A stretch of DNA of 64,000 bases. Source: Antedon mediterranea (lineage: Eukaryota > Animalia > Echinodermata). The position numbers and the translations under genes were made by a program. Each line of letters starts with the position of its first letter. Positions within the stretch are counted from its first letter, which is position 1. A model generated the notes under the pieces. That model was not told where the DNA came from. It did no database searches and saw only the letters and a program-made list of their open reading frames with translations. Of this stretch, positions 26,701 through 41,700 are shown one piece after another. The DNA lies in the NCBI RefSeq assembly GCF_964355755.1, contig NC_092673.1:8060001-8124000 (forward strand). The letters are read 5' to 3'.

Positions 26701-29700
26701 GATTTCTTAAAAACAGAGACCACGTTACTATATATACCCATATTAAATATTTCAATGTTTTATTTTAAAAGGTGGTCTTGTTTATCAAGATTTCTTAAAA
26801 TCAGAAACATTTGCTAAAGAACACAATATCGAAATGTTTATTGATGTTCTCTTATTTTACAAAAATTTCTCGGACGGACCCAAGAACATAAGATTGAGAA
26901 GTCTTAGTGAGATCTCTGTTTTTATGGGGAGTCTGTGTTTCGAGATATCTTATGGTCTCTGTTTTTTAAATTTATATATAAAACAAGCACGAATGTGCGA
27001 TACTCGGTACAGCAAAAGAACCTGTATAATGACGTCATAAGACAGGATGTAACGTCACATACACATCAATAACCTAGCTACCAAATACGGCTATATTCCG
27101 AAAAGTTACGTCACATAACCGGAAATGGCATAATTACGGTAAATTATGAAATCTCGAACTGATTTTTTGCTATTTCCAGGAGCAGAAGTGACGTCACAAT
27201 ATCATAAATAGGTTTTACTGTATATATTCTTATTCTCCAAGTCAAGCAAGAATTTATTTTCGATGAAATAAGAGTACGTTTCAGGCAATTTTAAGCGTTT
27301 ACAAAATTGCCATGAGTGCGCATATTTTTGCGCGCGCACTACGCGTTAAATGTTATTGCGCACTCTTTTTGCCCGATTTCTGTTTTCTTTACTTACTTTT
27401 CAACTCGAAATTACGTTATACGAGCACGTCAAAAGTGACAGGCTACGCACGTGTAAATTAAAAAAATATAAATGTTTTTAACCATTTCAATATGTTCAGT
27501 AATTTCGGTCAGTTTAGTTCACTATGTCGGTCGGTCTGTCTGTCGGCCTGTCTGTCGGTCTGTCTGTCGGTCTGTCTGTCGGTCCGGTATCACTATGCAT
27601 TGTAGCACGCGACTTAATGGCTGTTGGCCTTGTTCTAACTAATTCTACAATTCAAATCATGGTTTTATGTAAAATCATCTAAATTAAAACAAAAATTGAC
27701 ATCATAGATTTTGCTTAAATTTGGTACAAAAAGAGCCCCTAAGCTAAGACTTCAGAATTCCGACGTTTTGAACTTGAATTTTTAACCACAGCCTCCATTT
27801 TTTTTGGGCATTTCACGGAAATTTATTACTGTAAATGATTCAAGAAATGGTATTGGTCTAGTGGCTTTAATCGTTAGTACCTTATGTTTTTACTGGAGTG
27901 AAGTCTATTATCATCTCTTTGGTTTTAGTAATATTAACCCTTTGAAGACGCGAGGTTTCTACCCCAAATAAGGTATTAATAGGTTTAGGAAAAATTGAAA
28001 AAACATTTTATGACTGTAACTTTCTGCAATTGTTATGTGAGATGTTTTGGCCTTCAGAAAAAATGCATTTTTTTTTGCCCTTAGGTCAAATGCTCAAAAA
28101 GCTTGCTTTCTGTCGCAAAGAAAGCCACTAATTACAGTATTATCAGTTTAACAATATTGCAATTTTTACTTAACATTTTAAATCCTTTATTCTGCCCTGT
28201 TCGGTACCATTTGGTATCTATATATAAATTTACGTAAGGGCAAAAATCGGTAAATCGTGCGTTATTTCTAGAATGTTTACTCGATGGTATATAAAGTTGG
28301 TTCGTACTTTCGGTACTGATTTTAACCACCTGATGTAACCCTGTTTACTAATTAAATTGAGTTCGATAATTAGTTATTGACGATTAAAACGAATTTAGGT
28401 TCAACGATTTGCCCCAAATAGGGGTGTTTTCTGATCGTGGTATACACTGTCTAATGGATGTCAATTTGAAAAATACACGCACACAATAATACGAGGACAC
28501 TTCGCATTTTCCTATCTCCTCCTACGATAATTGTTTTTAATAGCTGAAAACCAGTTGAACAGTTCGAGTACAGCATCATAATGTTGAAGACAGGCCGACT
28601 TTCTTTTAAAAATGCTATTTTGATACATGTAATATACGTTTTTACAAATGTATTGATTTGTGATGAATGGAACATTCCAAATTATTTGGTTTAACCATAG
28701 AGGTATAGATTTAGATTTATGGGCCCCCTTGGAGAATAAACATAAATAGTATTGCAATGCTGTACAATACTATTAAGGTATTAACCACTTTTGATCGCAA
28801 TTTGAATCGCAAATTTCTTACTGTGAGTGTTGGTACTGTTAGATATAATATAAACAAATATACAAATAAACTTTATTACTGTGAATGTGGGTAGGCCCTA
28901 CTGTTAGATTATAAACATATAATATACAAATAAATAAACGTTATTACTGACAGTTGCTTCTCAACGTTTGTATTAATTAATAATTTAAAAATATATAAAC
29001 GTACGTAGTGGTGTATCGTTACATGTACTTTACTATTTCAATCGACTATGACAGTGAGAGTTTTAACAAAGTATTAAATCGTAAATGTTTTATTGTATTT
29101 AGTGGTATATTATTTATAGGCCTATAAAACATTAAAAACAATATTTCGTTACTGAGTGGATAAGAATATATTTTAAAATGTTTCCTCTTTGTACCTATCT
29201 TCTTCCCCCATCCCTCAACCCTTAATGTTACATACAAAACACAAATTGGGTTTGTTTAAATGAGTCCAAATAAAAAAATTTGACTCATTTTGTTTCTCTC
29301 TCGGAAGTAATTCCCAGGGTGCTAATTTTAGCTGACTACATAAATCATCGTGTATATTTATTCGTTTCTGTAAACGACAATGTATTATAGTCCTGCAGTA
29401 CGTACATTTGAAATCTCCATTTTTTTTCTCGCTGGAAAATACTGTGTATTCGAGAACCATCTGTGGACACGACCTAGATGGTACGCGAGCGAAGCGAGCG
29501 TGCCATCTAGTGTAAATAATTATTTTAATTTTTTGAAAGAATCAACTGGGTTTCTAATATGCATTTTTGTTTTTTCCTTTTTGCTAGGAGAATCTGACAA
29601 GTCTTTCAACAAAATGTTAGTATGTTTTTCAACTTGGTATGATAAACACAACCTTGTTAGGAAACTAAAGGTTTTGTATCATGACTATATTGCAGAAGCA

Positions 29701-32700
29701 GACTTAGACGAAGCCACTAATACAATGGACTTACTGAATCAATTAACTAGTTCTGGAGATCTAAGTTCTACAAAACTCACAATTATTTATGATACCATAA
29801 AGGCCACAAAACAGTTTGGTATTTTAGACAAAATTAAAGTTTACATCCCATCCATTCCTAATGTTAAGGACATTATTATTACAACATTCACTCTTCATCA
29901 ACTAAAGATTCTGAAGTTTGGAAATGTACTAAGAAAAGAGGATGTGGATAAAATTGCTAATGTGTACAATGACACACCCAAGAAGTACACAGATGGGTGG
30001 GGTCTGATTATAGATCTACAATATCGGCAAATAATTTGTGAAGACACCAGAAAAATGGATGCATTTATTGAGGACTTGAAAGATCTTGAACTACATCAAC
30101 CTATGCAAACTCTTACTAAAGGTATGTTGATGTAATACATGCATGTATTAAAACCTATTTAAATGTGTAATCATTAATGAATTCTGATGCTCACATAAAT
30201 TGCTTTACTTTAACCATAACAACATTTATTTTAAAAAGTCATCAAATCAGAAAATGCAAATAAAATCGTACATTTAAATGATAAATAAGGTAAATAATAC
30301 AGACTACTTTTTTTAGGAATCCAATTAGAAGTAAAAATACTTGTATCATAAGATCTCTAAATAAACATAATCAAAAGCAAAAGCAACAACACCTACTAAC
30401 AATTTGAATTTTCCATTTTAACTAATCTTTTACACAAGAATATTTCTTTTATAACAGTATTGATCAAATTAGTGAATGGCAATAAGATTTAAAAGAATAA
30501 AAACTGATACTGACACTAAACAAGACCTTCATAATTAAAAGTACAGTAATATCAGTCTTTAATCTTTTCTTAAAAACATAAAATAAATGACTCTTTTTTA
30601 TTCCATAACTTTGGTCCATTATAGGTAATTAAAAATTGAGATTTTCTAAGTCTGACAAAAGGAATATTGAGTTTTCTTACATTTCTTTAATTATGGCCTC
30701 TTTGATCACACCAACAAAACATGTTCATAATGGGGGTCGGCAATGTATTATTAAAAAACTTAAAAATAAGAGAGTATTTGTATTGTATGAAGATCGTAAA
30801 TGGAGGTTCTGAATGAGACAAATAATGTGAAAAGCAAATAAATCTAACTACTGTATATGTAATTAGTTATTGACGATTAAAACGAATTTAGGTTCAACGA
30901 TTTGCCCCAAATAGGGGTGTTTTCCGATCGTGGTATACACTGTCTAATGGATGTCCATCTTGAAAAATACCCGCCACAAAAATACGAGGAGGCTTCGCAT
31001 TTTCCTATCTCCTCCTACGATAATTGTTTTTAATGGCTGAAAACCGGTTGAACAGCTCGAGTACAGCATCATAATGTTGAAGACAGGCCGATTTTCTTTA
31101 AAAAATACTATTTTGATAGATTTAATATACGTTTATATAAATGTATTGATTTGCGATGAATGGAACATTCCAATCTCTGTTACACAATCGTCTATTCCCT
31201 CAGGCGTCGTAAAGGCAAGTACTGTAGCCTATACTCATAACAGAAATTCGATCCATTTTTTTTCCAATCTGTTCTGCAGAGGTTGGATATAATTTTTTTT
31301 AAACGGATAATGAGCTAGCGTTTTCAGTCGCCGTATATTATGTACAAATCTTTATTATTGCATTTAAACCACCCACATCATCACCCTTCCCTCATCACTG
31401 GCATGAGTAGCGTTGTAAAGCCAGTAGAGGATAAGCCTATACGGTGCATCACATGCCCTAAACGCAGAACAACTTTGGTGGGTAGGGTAGGAACCAACTT
31501 AATTATGAATTGGCTCTAAGAAACAATTGAAAACCATTAGGCCTACTAATTAAGTTGAGTTAGATAATTTAATATTTATTGACGATTAAATCGAATTTAT
31601 GATTTTCCCCGAATAGAGGTGGTTTTCACAAATTGTTTAACATTATATATAAACATACGTCATAGTGTATCGTTACATGTACTGTACTATTTCAATCGAC
31701 TACGACGGTGATAGTTTCAACAAAGTATTACATCGCAATGTTTTACTGTGTTTAGTGGTATATTATTTGTAAAACATAAAAACAATTAATATTTTGTTAC
31801 AAAATAAAGAATATATTTAAAAATTGTTCCTCTTTGCACCCATTCTCTTCCCCATCCCTCAACCATAATGTTACATATAAAACACAAAATAAGTTTGTTT
31901 AAATCTGACTTTTAAAACAATTGGTCTCATTTTGTGACAAGTTTCTCTTTCGGAAGTAATTCCCATGGTGCTAATTTTAGTTGAGTACATAAATCACACT
32001 GTCTATTTATTCGTTCCTGTAAACGACATGTATTATTGTCCTGCATTATTTTTTGACGCTGAAATCATTATGTATTCGAGAACCATCTGTGGGCACGACC
32101 TAGATGGTACGCGAGCGAAGCGAGCGTACCATCTAGTTCTTTGTAATTTGTTATTTAAAGTTCTGTAAGTCATCAATGTTTTTGTTTGAGTAGAATAATG
32201 TGGTATCATCGGCAAAGGAGAAAACACTAAGGGTATCACTAACATGAGTTAAATCATTTACATATAACTACAAAGGTTCTAATCTTTAAAAAAAATTTAT
32301 TACAGAGATTACATTATCCGTATATCTGAAACGTAAGGCATCTGTGTGTGAAGATCATCTACCTCCAAAAAAAACCTTGAATGACATTCCGTCATCTTTA
32401 CAAAGTACTACTACTGAATATGGTTCATCTGTACAAAGAAACCTTGATAAAAAACTTCAATCATTTCAAAGAACTGTTGATGAAATTCTGCAATCTTTGC
32501 AAACTGTATCTGAAGCATCGCCAATACTAAGAGATATTGATGGAAATCTACAATCTTTACAAATTAGTACCCTTAGTGGCAATAAATCAACTGTACTGAC
32601 AACTATTGAGAACAATCTGCTATCATTACAAAGAACTATTAATGACAATCTGCAATCATTACAAAGTACTATCACTGAAGATAGGTCTGTACCAAAACGT

Positions 32701-35700
32701 GTTGACAAAAAACTGCGATCACTACGACGTTTTCTTAAAAGAGGTCAACGAAACTTGTCAAAATATTCACCAAGCATTTGTGATTTTATAGTAAAACTTT
32801 ACAGATCTGAGGACACTGTGACGAATGATGATGAGTACATATTATTTCAGATAGTACAACTTGTTGTTGATCTATGCCGAGGTTATGGCTGTGAATTAAA
32901 GAAACTAGAACACAAATGTATAATATTTCATTTGGTTGTTCTTGATCCCATGGCTCTTGTGAATCTGAAGAAAATGGATCAACGTGGAGAGCTTCTTATA
33001 AGATTATCAGAAATATTAGTAGCAAAGGAGCACCAGCAGACATTCCAATTGGACTGGATAACACAAATTGATGATAAAAAATACGAAGAAGCTCTTTGTT
33101 TGCTTGAAGAAGAAGGTGAGTAGGAATTATTTTTTAGAGGTATTAATTTATTTTACAATCAAAGGATGTATTTTATTATTCTTATTATTTCCAGTCAAAA
33201 AGTGTGGTGTAAAAAAGATGAAAGTAGCAGAATGAAAAGATTTACAGAATGTTTTAAGGTTTTTTTAGATTGTATTTAAAATCTGCATATCCATGGCATA
33301 ATAATGGCATTCATTACAAGGTATTGGAAATTCATACAAAATATGTATTATCTTTCTCTACTAATAGAGGTTAATGATACTTGATAGCGCTTCTATCTTA
33401 GGTGCTACCGGTGTGAATCAGTGAGTCGTATGCACTCTAAGTCTCAAACCTGCAACAAACTATATTATTGATGTCAGACAGGTGGATAAAAAAATTGTTT
33501 TAAGAACAAAATGTAATGTTATGTGTATGAGACTAAAAAAAAAACCTTTAGAGTGAATGCACATGAGCATTTATTTATGAAATGCCAATGCTTTAGTGAA
33601 CATTCAAATAGCATCGAACAAAACTGTAAATAAAGAAATGAAGAAGATTTACACTACAGTCTAGATATGCTCCTTATTTTTAGTGTATACAATGTACAAA
33701 ACAATGTTATATTATGTAATAACATAATCTCATTCATATCATTTGTTGTAATAGAATAAACACATACACACCGGATTCTATCTTTTTATAGAGCAATCGG
33801 ATGTTGTAACCCATGCACCAACTGAAAGATTTCCAATCAATCCAATCAGTGCCATGCGCTGGGCTTTTGGTAAGGTTTTTACTTCTGGAGCACAAACTAG
33901 TGCTGCAGCAGCAGCAGGTGGGGGTTCTTCCAAACACCCTCAGGGCACGGACCTGACTATGAACATCCAAGAGGATACACAAGGTGAAATTGTTGAATCA
34001 AATTCAGGTAAGTTATTACAGTTCTTTCATAAATCTAAACAATTTTAACATACTATTAAACGATCGTTTAATAGTACATACTATTGCACACCATGTGACC
34101 AACAATCGTCCAATCAAATGACTTAGGTGCATTTATTTAAGTGCATAATATTTAATATTCTACTATTGTGTTGTTTGTCAATGATTAATCACAAGGGCAC
34201 ATGTTTTAATTTAATCAGCAACTTATCATTATAGTATGGTTCCACAATCAGGAAAATCCTGGCACCACCACTGTGTTTCCATAACACATTTTAGCAAAAA
34301 ACCTTCAAGTTCAAATGAAAATTGATGAAACGGTGTTGTATATACCATATGACATTTATTAAATTAAAAATGAATACAGAAAAAATTACATAATTACAAA
34401 AATCTTTTCTTTTTCAAAAAAATAGAGAAATCAGAGAGTGTATCCTGGTGGAGGAGAAAATGGCGTTCTATATTTAAGCGAGGTGATGCAAGTAATCAAG
34501 CTTTTGGAGCATGTGAGTTTATTACAGTTTTGTGACTATAAAAACTTGTATTTGTTTGCATCAAATCAATTAAATAGAATAGTACAAATATAAATGTATT
34601 TCATCACAAAGTGTGCACTTTTTCTGCAAAAGGACAATCCACACTTGATTGTAAATTGTACTCATTTACATGGTGTTGTACTGTTTTTTGTGACCTAGTT
34701 TTATTTGTTTGTACCACCTGTAATTACTAAAACAAATCTGGTTTTAAAAATGCCTTCAATAACAATTTTTATTTAATTTCCTTTCTTGTTTCTCTTTATA
34801 TTTTGAGATGATGATCACATAATTGTGATCAGTTATATTAGTTTCCATACTTTTATCCATTACAAAAAGACCAGATGCGATGCCTTTTTATTGCATACAT
34901 TACAAAATGAAGTGTCTCATTAACTGCATTGAAGCCTAAATAATATTTTGGTTTTCATGCTGTGTTTTAACTATTAATGATTTCTGACAAATACTACAGT
35001 AAGTTACACATTATATACAGTAGGTTTCATTTTGTTACATGTCTTTGAATTATCTGTTTTGCTTACTTTAAGCCACCATTGCAAAAACCAAAAAATTGCC
35101 AGTCAGTGTTGAATTAGAAACAGGTGAGTAGTATAGTTTTGTTTGTATTGTACTAGCATTTACCCATCCAATGGACAGGCATCCTCTTTAATCTAATAAA
35201 TAGATAATAGACTAATATACACAAATCTATAAATGGATATAATATAGTGTAGAGAGACATTATTTATATTAGAAGGAAGATAAAGTTAATAGGCATACTC
35301 ATGTATTCTTCTTTATATTTCAGTGTCTATTTGTTTTAATTCTAAAAGCAAGCAAGTATGTTATACTGTATACAGTACATCTGTATCTTATCTAATATAT
35401 TAAAATAATAGACGTTTTTTAAATTATTGATTAATATAAGTATGTCAGTTATTTTCCGTCCTCTTGGTATAGGACATAGTACTGCATTTCATATGATTGT
35501 CTGGTAAATTGGTGGTTTGTCTTTAAGATAACAACAATGTATGTTTTCTGGTGGTGTAGGCCTAATTAGAAAGAAGTAAATATGATTGCAACTTCATCCT
35601 CCTTGTTTGTACCTACTTGTAGACATACATCCATTGGAAATAAATTACATAAAATGAACTTTTAAAAATTCCCAAAAAATAAAAAAACATAATGTTAGCA

Positions 35701-38700
35701 TAATGTACTTCACTATATTTCAAACCATAAAAACCTACTGGGACCTAATGTAATTAGAAGCCACTCTTAGTCAGACATGATATTGGCCTAAAAGTGGGCC
35801 GATTTGTCCAGTCACACCTGGGCCAAATCATCCCGCATTCAGCTATGCCTACTGTATAGAAGCTTGAATATTAATTAGTAAGACACATAACCTAGCCTAG
35901 TGTTATCACTGCATTTGGTGCTTGGAAAAATGGTAAAAGGGTGCTCAATCTTATGTTTGGCATTGAGGTAGAAACATGAGCAAGAATACAGTTTTGTACT
36001 TTCCGCCTGTTTTATTTGAAATGGCGCACGACAGCACTGCAACGATACTATAACTGCAGCTGCGCAGATCACATGTGCTGTCTCGATATTGCTTATGGCC
36101 CGAGTGACCAAATTGTGCCGTAGAAAAATGGCCCAGAATTGCCAAAAGCGCCATTCGGCAGTTGCAAAGAAATTGGTCTAAAAAACACATTTTTATACAA
36201 ATGTGGCGTTCTACTTACTATAGACTAATTAAATGTATAGAGGAGAATTGAAAGGTGCCCCAGCTCGAATGGTGCTAATATCGGACTTGCGGTTTAAGAG
36301 GAAATAGAGGAACAAATTTTGGCTTAGTGCTATTAATATATTATAGATATATAATAGCAATAATATCAAATTACAGAAGTCTGACTAAATGCATTTAAGA
36401 AGATGGCATTAATTGAATTCAAAGTTGATAACAAGTTTTGTTTTCTTCATTTTAATAGAGGAATTTGAAGATTTTTCCTATAAGCTTAGAATGAGAAAAT
36501 TTCAGTTTGACGGGTCAATTTAAATTCAAATAAATTTAAATTGTATTTCATCTTGTAAAAAGTGATAAAATTACCAGTAAATTAGATACTATACATGACT
36601 TATTTTAAGTATACTTTTTTAGTAAATAATATAGTCCAGACATATTGTACTGCATATCATATTATCGTTGTAATAATATAAAGATGAAGTAATCTTTAAA
36701 GTAGTAATTTATAAACTATCATGCTGATATTCATCTAAAGTAACAAATGATGCTAGACAAGATTCCTCTTTTCAAAATCGCCCCATTCAAAGATGATGTG
36801 ATTCATAGATTCAAGATGTAAGACCGAACCCATTCCATGCACTATGTCTTTGATGTTCTTAGGAGTGGCAGACTCTTTCTGTCCATCACCTCTCGTACAA
36901 ACAGAGCACTAAATGTTAGAGAATGATGTGTCATGTTTTTGTCTGTTTGTTTATATTGTATTGTGCTGTAGTAATACTACTATAGCAATACTATTTCTAT
37001 GCAAATTATATAATTAATAGAATAGAATTGAATTGAAAGTTCCCTTCAAAATCGCCTCTTTTCAAATTTTCCCTTTGTTCAAGGCAACTAAAATAGTTTA
37101 ATCTCAATAGCAAACAACTGACCACTGATGTACTTAAGCTTTGAAATTATAGACTATTGTCTCTGTCACATAAATACAAAATAAACTACAGTGCATGTAA
37201 ATTGGAACTGGCAGAAATTAGTTTCATTATTAATATGGTAGATATTAATTAATTCATTGAAAATAAAAATTCATACAAATTTCTAATTTATTTTTATAGG
37301 GAAATCAGAAGATGTATCCTATAGGGTAATGGAAGAATTGCCAAGTACATTGATAGGTGGTGAGTTATAGTAAAGATTAAAAACTAGTACTACAAATTTA
37401 AATTGTTTCCTAACTTATTGTTTATTAATATTACATGTATCTAGCAATGTCAAAAGAGACTATGAAAAAGGCACATTGCTGACAACAAAGATGTCATTAA
37501 GTGAGTTTTTGGATAAAAGGTGAAATTATGTAACCAGTATACATTATTGATAATTATGTAGACTAGATGGTACGCTCGCTTCGCTCGCGTACCATCTAGG
37601 TCGTGCCCACAGATGGTTCTCGAATACATAATAATTTCAGCGTTAAAAAACTGGCGATTTCAAATGTACGTACAATAATACATGTCGTTTACAGGAACGA
37701 ATAAATAGACACTGATTTATGATGTACTCAACTAAAATTAGCACCCTGAGAATTACTTCCGAAAGAGAAACTTGTCACAAAATGAGACCAATTGTTTAAG
37801 TCAAATTTAAACAAACTTAATTTGTGTTTTGTATGTAACATTAGGGGTGAGGGATGGGGAAGAGGATGGGTGCAAAGAGGAACAATTTTTAAATAAATTA
37901 AATATATTCTTTATCCATTTAGTAACGAAATATTAATTGTTTTCATGTTTTACAAATAATATATCACTAAACACAGTAAAACATTGCTATGTAATACTTT
38001 GTTGAAACTATCACCGTCCTAGTCGATTGAAATAGTACAACACATGTAACGATACATCACTACGACGTGTATGTTTATATAATGTAAAACAATTTGTGAA
38101 AACCACCTCTATTCGGGGAAAATCATAAAATCGATTTAATCGTCAATAAAAATTAAATTATCTAACTCAACTTTATTAGTAGGCCTAATGGTTTTCAATT
38201 GTTTCTTAGAGCCAATTCATACTTAAGTTGGTTCCTACCCTACCCACCAAAGTTGTTCTGCGTTTAGGGGATTTGATGCACCGTAGGCCTATCCTCTACT
38301 GGCTTTACAACGCTACTCATGCCAGTGAGGGAAGGGTGATGATGTGGGTGGTTTAAATGCAATAATAAAGATTTGTACATAATATACGGCGACTGAAAAC
38401 GCTAGCTCATTATCCGTTTAAAAAAAAATTATATCCAACCTCTGCAACACAGATTGAAAAAAAATGGATCGAATTTCTGTTATGAGTATACAATACTTGC
38501 CTTTACGACGCCTGAGGGAATAGACACTTGTGGAACAGAGATTGGAATGTTCCATTCATCGCAAATCAATACATTTGTATAAACGTATATTAAATCTATC
38601 AAAATAGTATTTTTTAAAGAAAAGCGGCCTGTCTTCAACATTATGATGCTGTACTCGAGCTGTTCAACCGGTTTTCAGCCATTAAAAACAATTATCGTAG

Positions 38701-41700
38701 GAGGAGATAGGAAAATGCGAAGCATCCTCGTATTATTGTCTGTGGGTATTTTTCAAGACGGACATCCATTAAACAGTGTATACCACGATCGAAAAACACC
38801 CCTATTTGGGGCAAATCGTTGAACCTAAATTCGTTTTAATTGTCAATAACTAATTATCTAACTCAATTTAATTAGTAAACAGGGTTACATCAGGTGGTTA
38901 AAATCAGTACCGAGATTCTAACCAACTTTATATACCATCGAGTAAACATTCTAGAAAAAACGCGCGATTTACCGAATTTTGCCCTTACGTAAATTTATAT
39001 ATAGATATAAGCATTCACTGAAATGAAAATGTATGCAAAGTTGTTTATTTTAATAGAGAAATCAGAAGTTGTATCCTATGAAAAAAAGCAAATTATACAC
39101 TGTTAAATTATTAGCTACTTTTTGACACCCAATATAAGAAATTGTAAAATCCAAATTAAATTGACTTCTTTTTCTATGACTCAAATATCTAACAATAAAC
39201 ACTGAAACTTTTTTTTCTTTCTATATACTTCTCTATATTGCTCAATTAAACTTTGACTTTTTTTTGTAATCTATGGCATGCAAATCATTCTCTACATTTA
39301 CTGAAGAAGGATCAACTAAATCAGTTGAATCAGGTGAGCTAGCATGACATTCATCATGTCACATTATAGCTGTTTCACAAGCACCACTAGACTAGTACTG
39401 TACATATCAAATATACCTAGGTGGCATGTTGTAAAAACAAAATGTCACTATTAGGCAAAAATGATAAACTAACGATTATAGAACAAAATATCTCAGAATT
39501 ATACTAGTACTGCACTGCATTAACCCCGGTTTTCATACAATCGGTATGTGAACCTGATAGCACACTCTTAAAATTGTGCTTTTGCAGGTGAAGAGTTCAA
39601 ATCTAGTTTATTGTTTTATTAGGGTTTTTCAGTCACACTTTTTTGGTGATATTAACAAATAGCTGAATTGTTTAGATAACCTAAGAGAATATGTCAGAAT
39701 GAAATGGAAACAAAAACAAGAAAAACTGGCAGAAGCAATGGAACACAGGTTGCAGATTACAAGTAGAGGTGGGTATAGAAATTGTCCATATCACTGAAAT
39801 GTTTACAGTTTAGTTTGTACAGTTATATGACGTAAATTTTTGGCATCTAAATCAGTAATAGGTCTTTCTGAATCATAGATCAAAACAGACATGTAGCTAC
39901 TTTACTTCGAAGGCAAATGGAAAATGAATTTGGTTTTTGAAAAAAATTGAGAAATATTTAAAAATGTAAAATTTGAATGAATAAATAAATGTTTTCAAAT
40001 AATGTTAATGTCTGCAAAATGTTAAAGAAATTGGCTTTTTAAATTTACTTATTATTTTTGGATCTGGAAAAGTCTTGGAAAAGTTATGTTAATTGTTTTC
40101 ACTCAAAGTAGTGTGAGGTATAAAGGTTTTTGGATAAGTAAAATTATCAAACCAGTTTACAGTATTAATAATTATGTAGTTATTAAATCATTCACTGAAA
40201 TGAAATTTATACCAAGTATTATTTTAATAGAAAAATCAGAAGATGTACTCTATGGAAAGACATCATTAGGAGGTTAGTCTAGCTGCATAGACTACTTTAT
40301 TATTTCCATTCAAATTTTAATTTATTGAAAGCTTGTAATAATTGATAAATTATCCCAGTATAACTGAAGGATGCTTCATTTTATTAGATATCATTTTAAA
40401 TTCATACAGAATTAACAATTACCTTTTAGTAAATAATATATTTTATCATAAAATTGTTTTTTTCTTTAATATGTGTCTATATAGACATTTGAATTTTAAT
40501 ATAATTATTTTTTTATACTAATTCATTTTTCTGAATTGTCACTCCTCACCCTCCTTGCTGTCGAAGATGTCTTAAGAAATTGTGACACTTGAAGGGGGAA
40601 AATTTGATCAAAGATTGTTATTATTGTTTTGTGTGATTTTAACTATTTACAGAGAATAAATAGTATGTAATAGATGAAATAAACATGAAGTGGTAATAAT
40701 TTAAATTAATGAAAAACTTGATGAGGAACTTCCTGATGAAAATAATTCAACATAATTTAGACATTGTGGTTGCCAAAATTGTCACATTTGCTGGACCATT
40801 AAGACAACTATCCCTATGCCAAGTTAATTGTCCTTATAGGATGTTGCCTGGGTGGTAGTTGTGTAGTACGTGTGGTGGATAATGAAATATCATCAATTAC
40901 TTAACTAATACAAATGTTATTACATATTACATTATAGACTGTTTCATAAAGGAGAATATAACTCATCAAGTGCTATTAGTAATATGAAGTATAATTCACA
41001 TAATTGAGGTGTATGTATTTTTTAAATTTTTAATTCCCTTTTAAAGGTATTGGTGATAGTCAGGACTTCAGCTCACATCCAAAGGTACCAAGTACAATGC
41101 CAGATGAAGATTGCATAGATGAAATATGTACAACTTTGAGGAGATGCTACAATTACAGAATGTATGATAAGAGTGCATTTACAGATACTGATATCATACA
41201 GTCATTAAGAAGGAGTGACGCCATTGAATTTTTTCACAGGATTATTGGTCAATCAGAAAGAACAGAAGATATGGGTAGAGTGTTGGCTCACTGTTTAATA
41301 ATAACAGAAGATGAACATTTCTTTTTAGTACATGTTTATTTATATGATTTGTGTGTAGATGATGATGTTGTAAAAGGTCTATCTAGTGAATTACACAGAT
41401 TTAATTTCCAATACAATATTGAAAGGTTTTCTTCAATATTTGGGCCTATTACAGCATTATTTTTAATTCATCTACTAAGTAATGCACCAATGCTTCAGAC
41501 GCTTGATTTACAAGATGCTTTAACAAGTGATACTTTGATGAATACTGTTAATACTCTATCTACAAACAAAGTTTTGTTGGAATTAGATCATCTTGATATG
41601 CAGAGCAATGATCTAAGTAATATCAAGGGTAGCTCACTCGGTGTGTTACTGTCTATTGCCCCTAAACTAACATACTTTGCCATCTCTTGTTGCTGTTTAT

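Larger units (their letters stand above)
23950..26970. repeat. Degenerate ~60-bp tandem array (AACACAATATTGAG..GGTCTCTGTTTT..AAAACAGAGACC) hosting two MITEs
   Basis: Recurrent AACAGAGACC, GGTCTCTGTT and ACAATATTG motifs at 23950-24868 and 26598-26970. Confidence 0.6.

Noticed and set aside
29380-29587. N-terminal extension of the 251-aa ORF
   Set aside because: Helitron end plus intron; homology to copy A starts at the acceptor (29588).
39270-39333. Extra micro-exon ending GTTGAATCAG|GTGAG
   Set aside because: Good donor but no suitable upstream AG acceptor; left out of the model.
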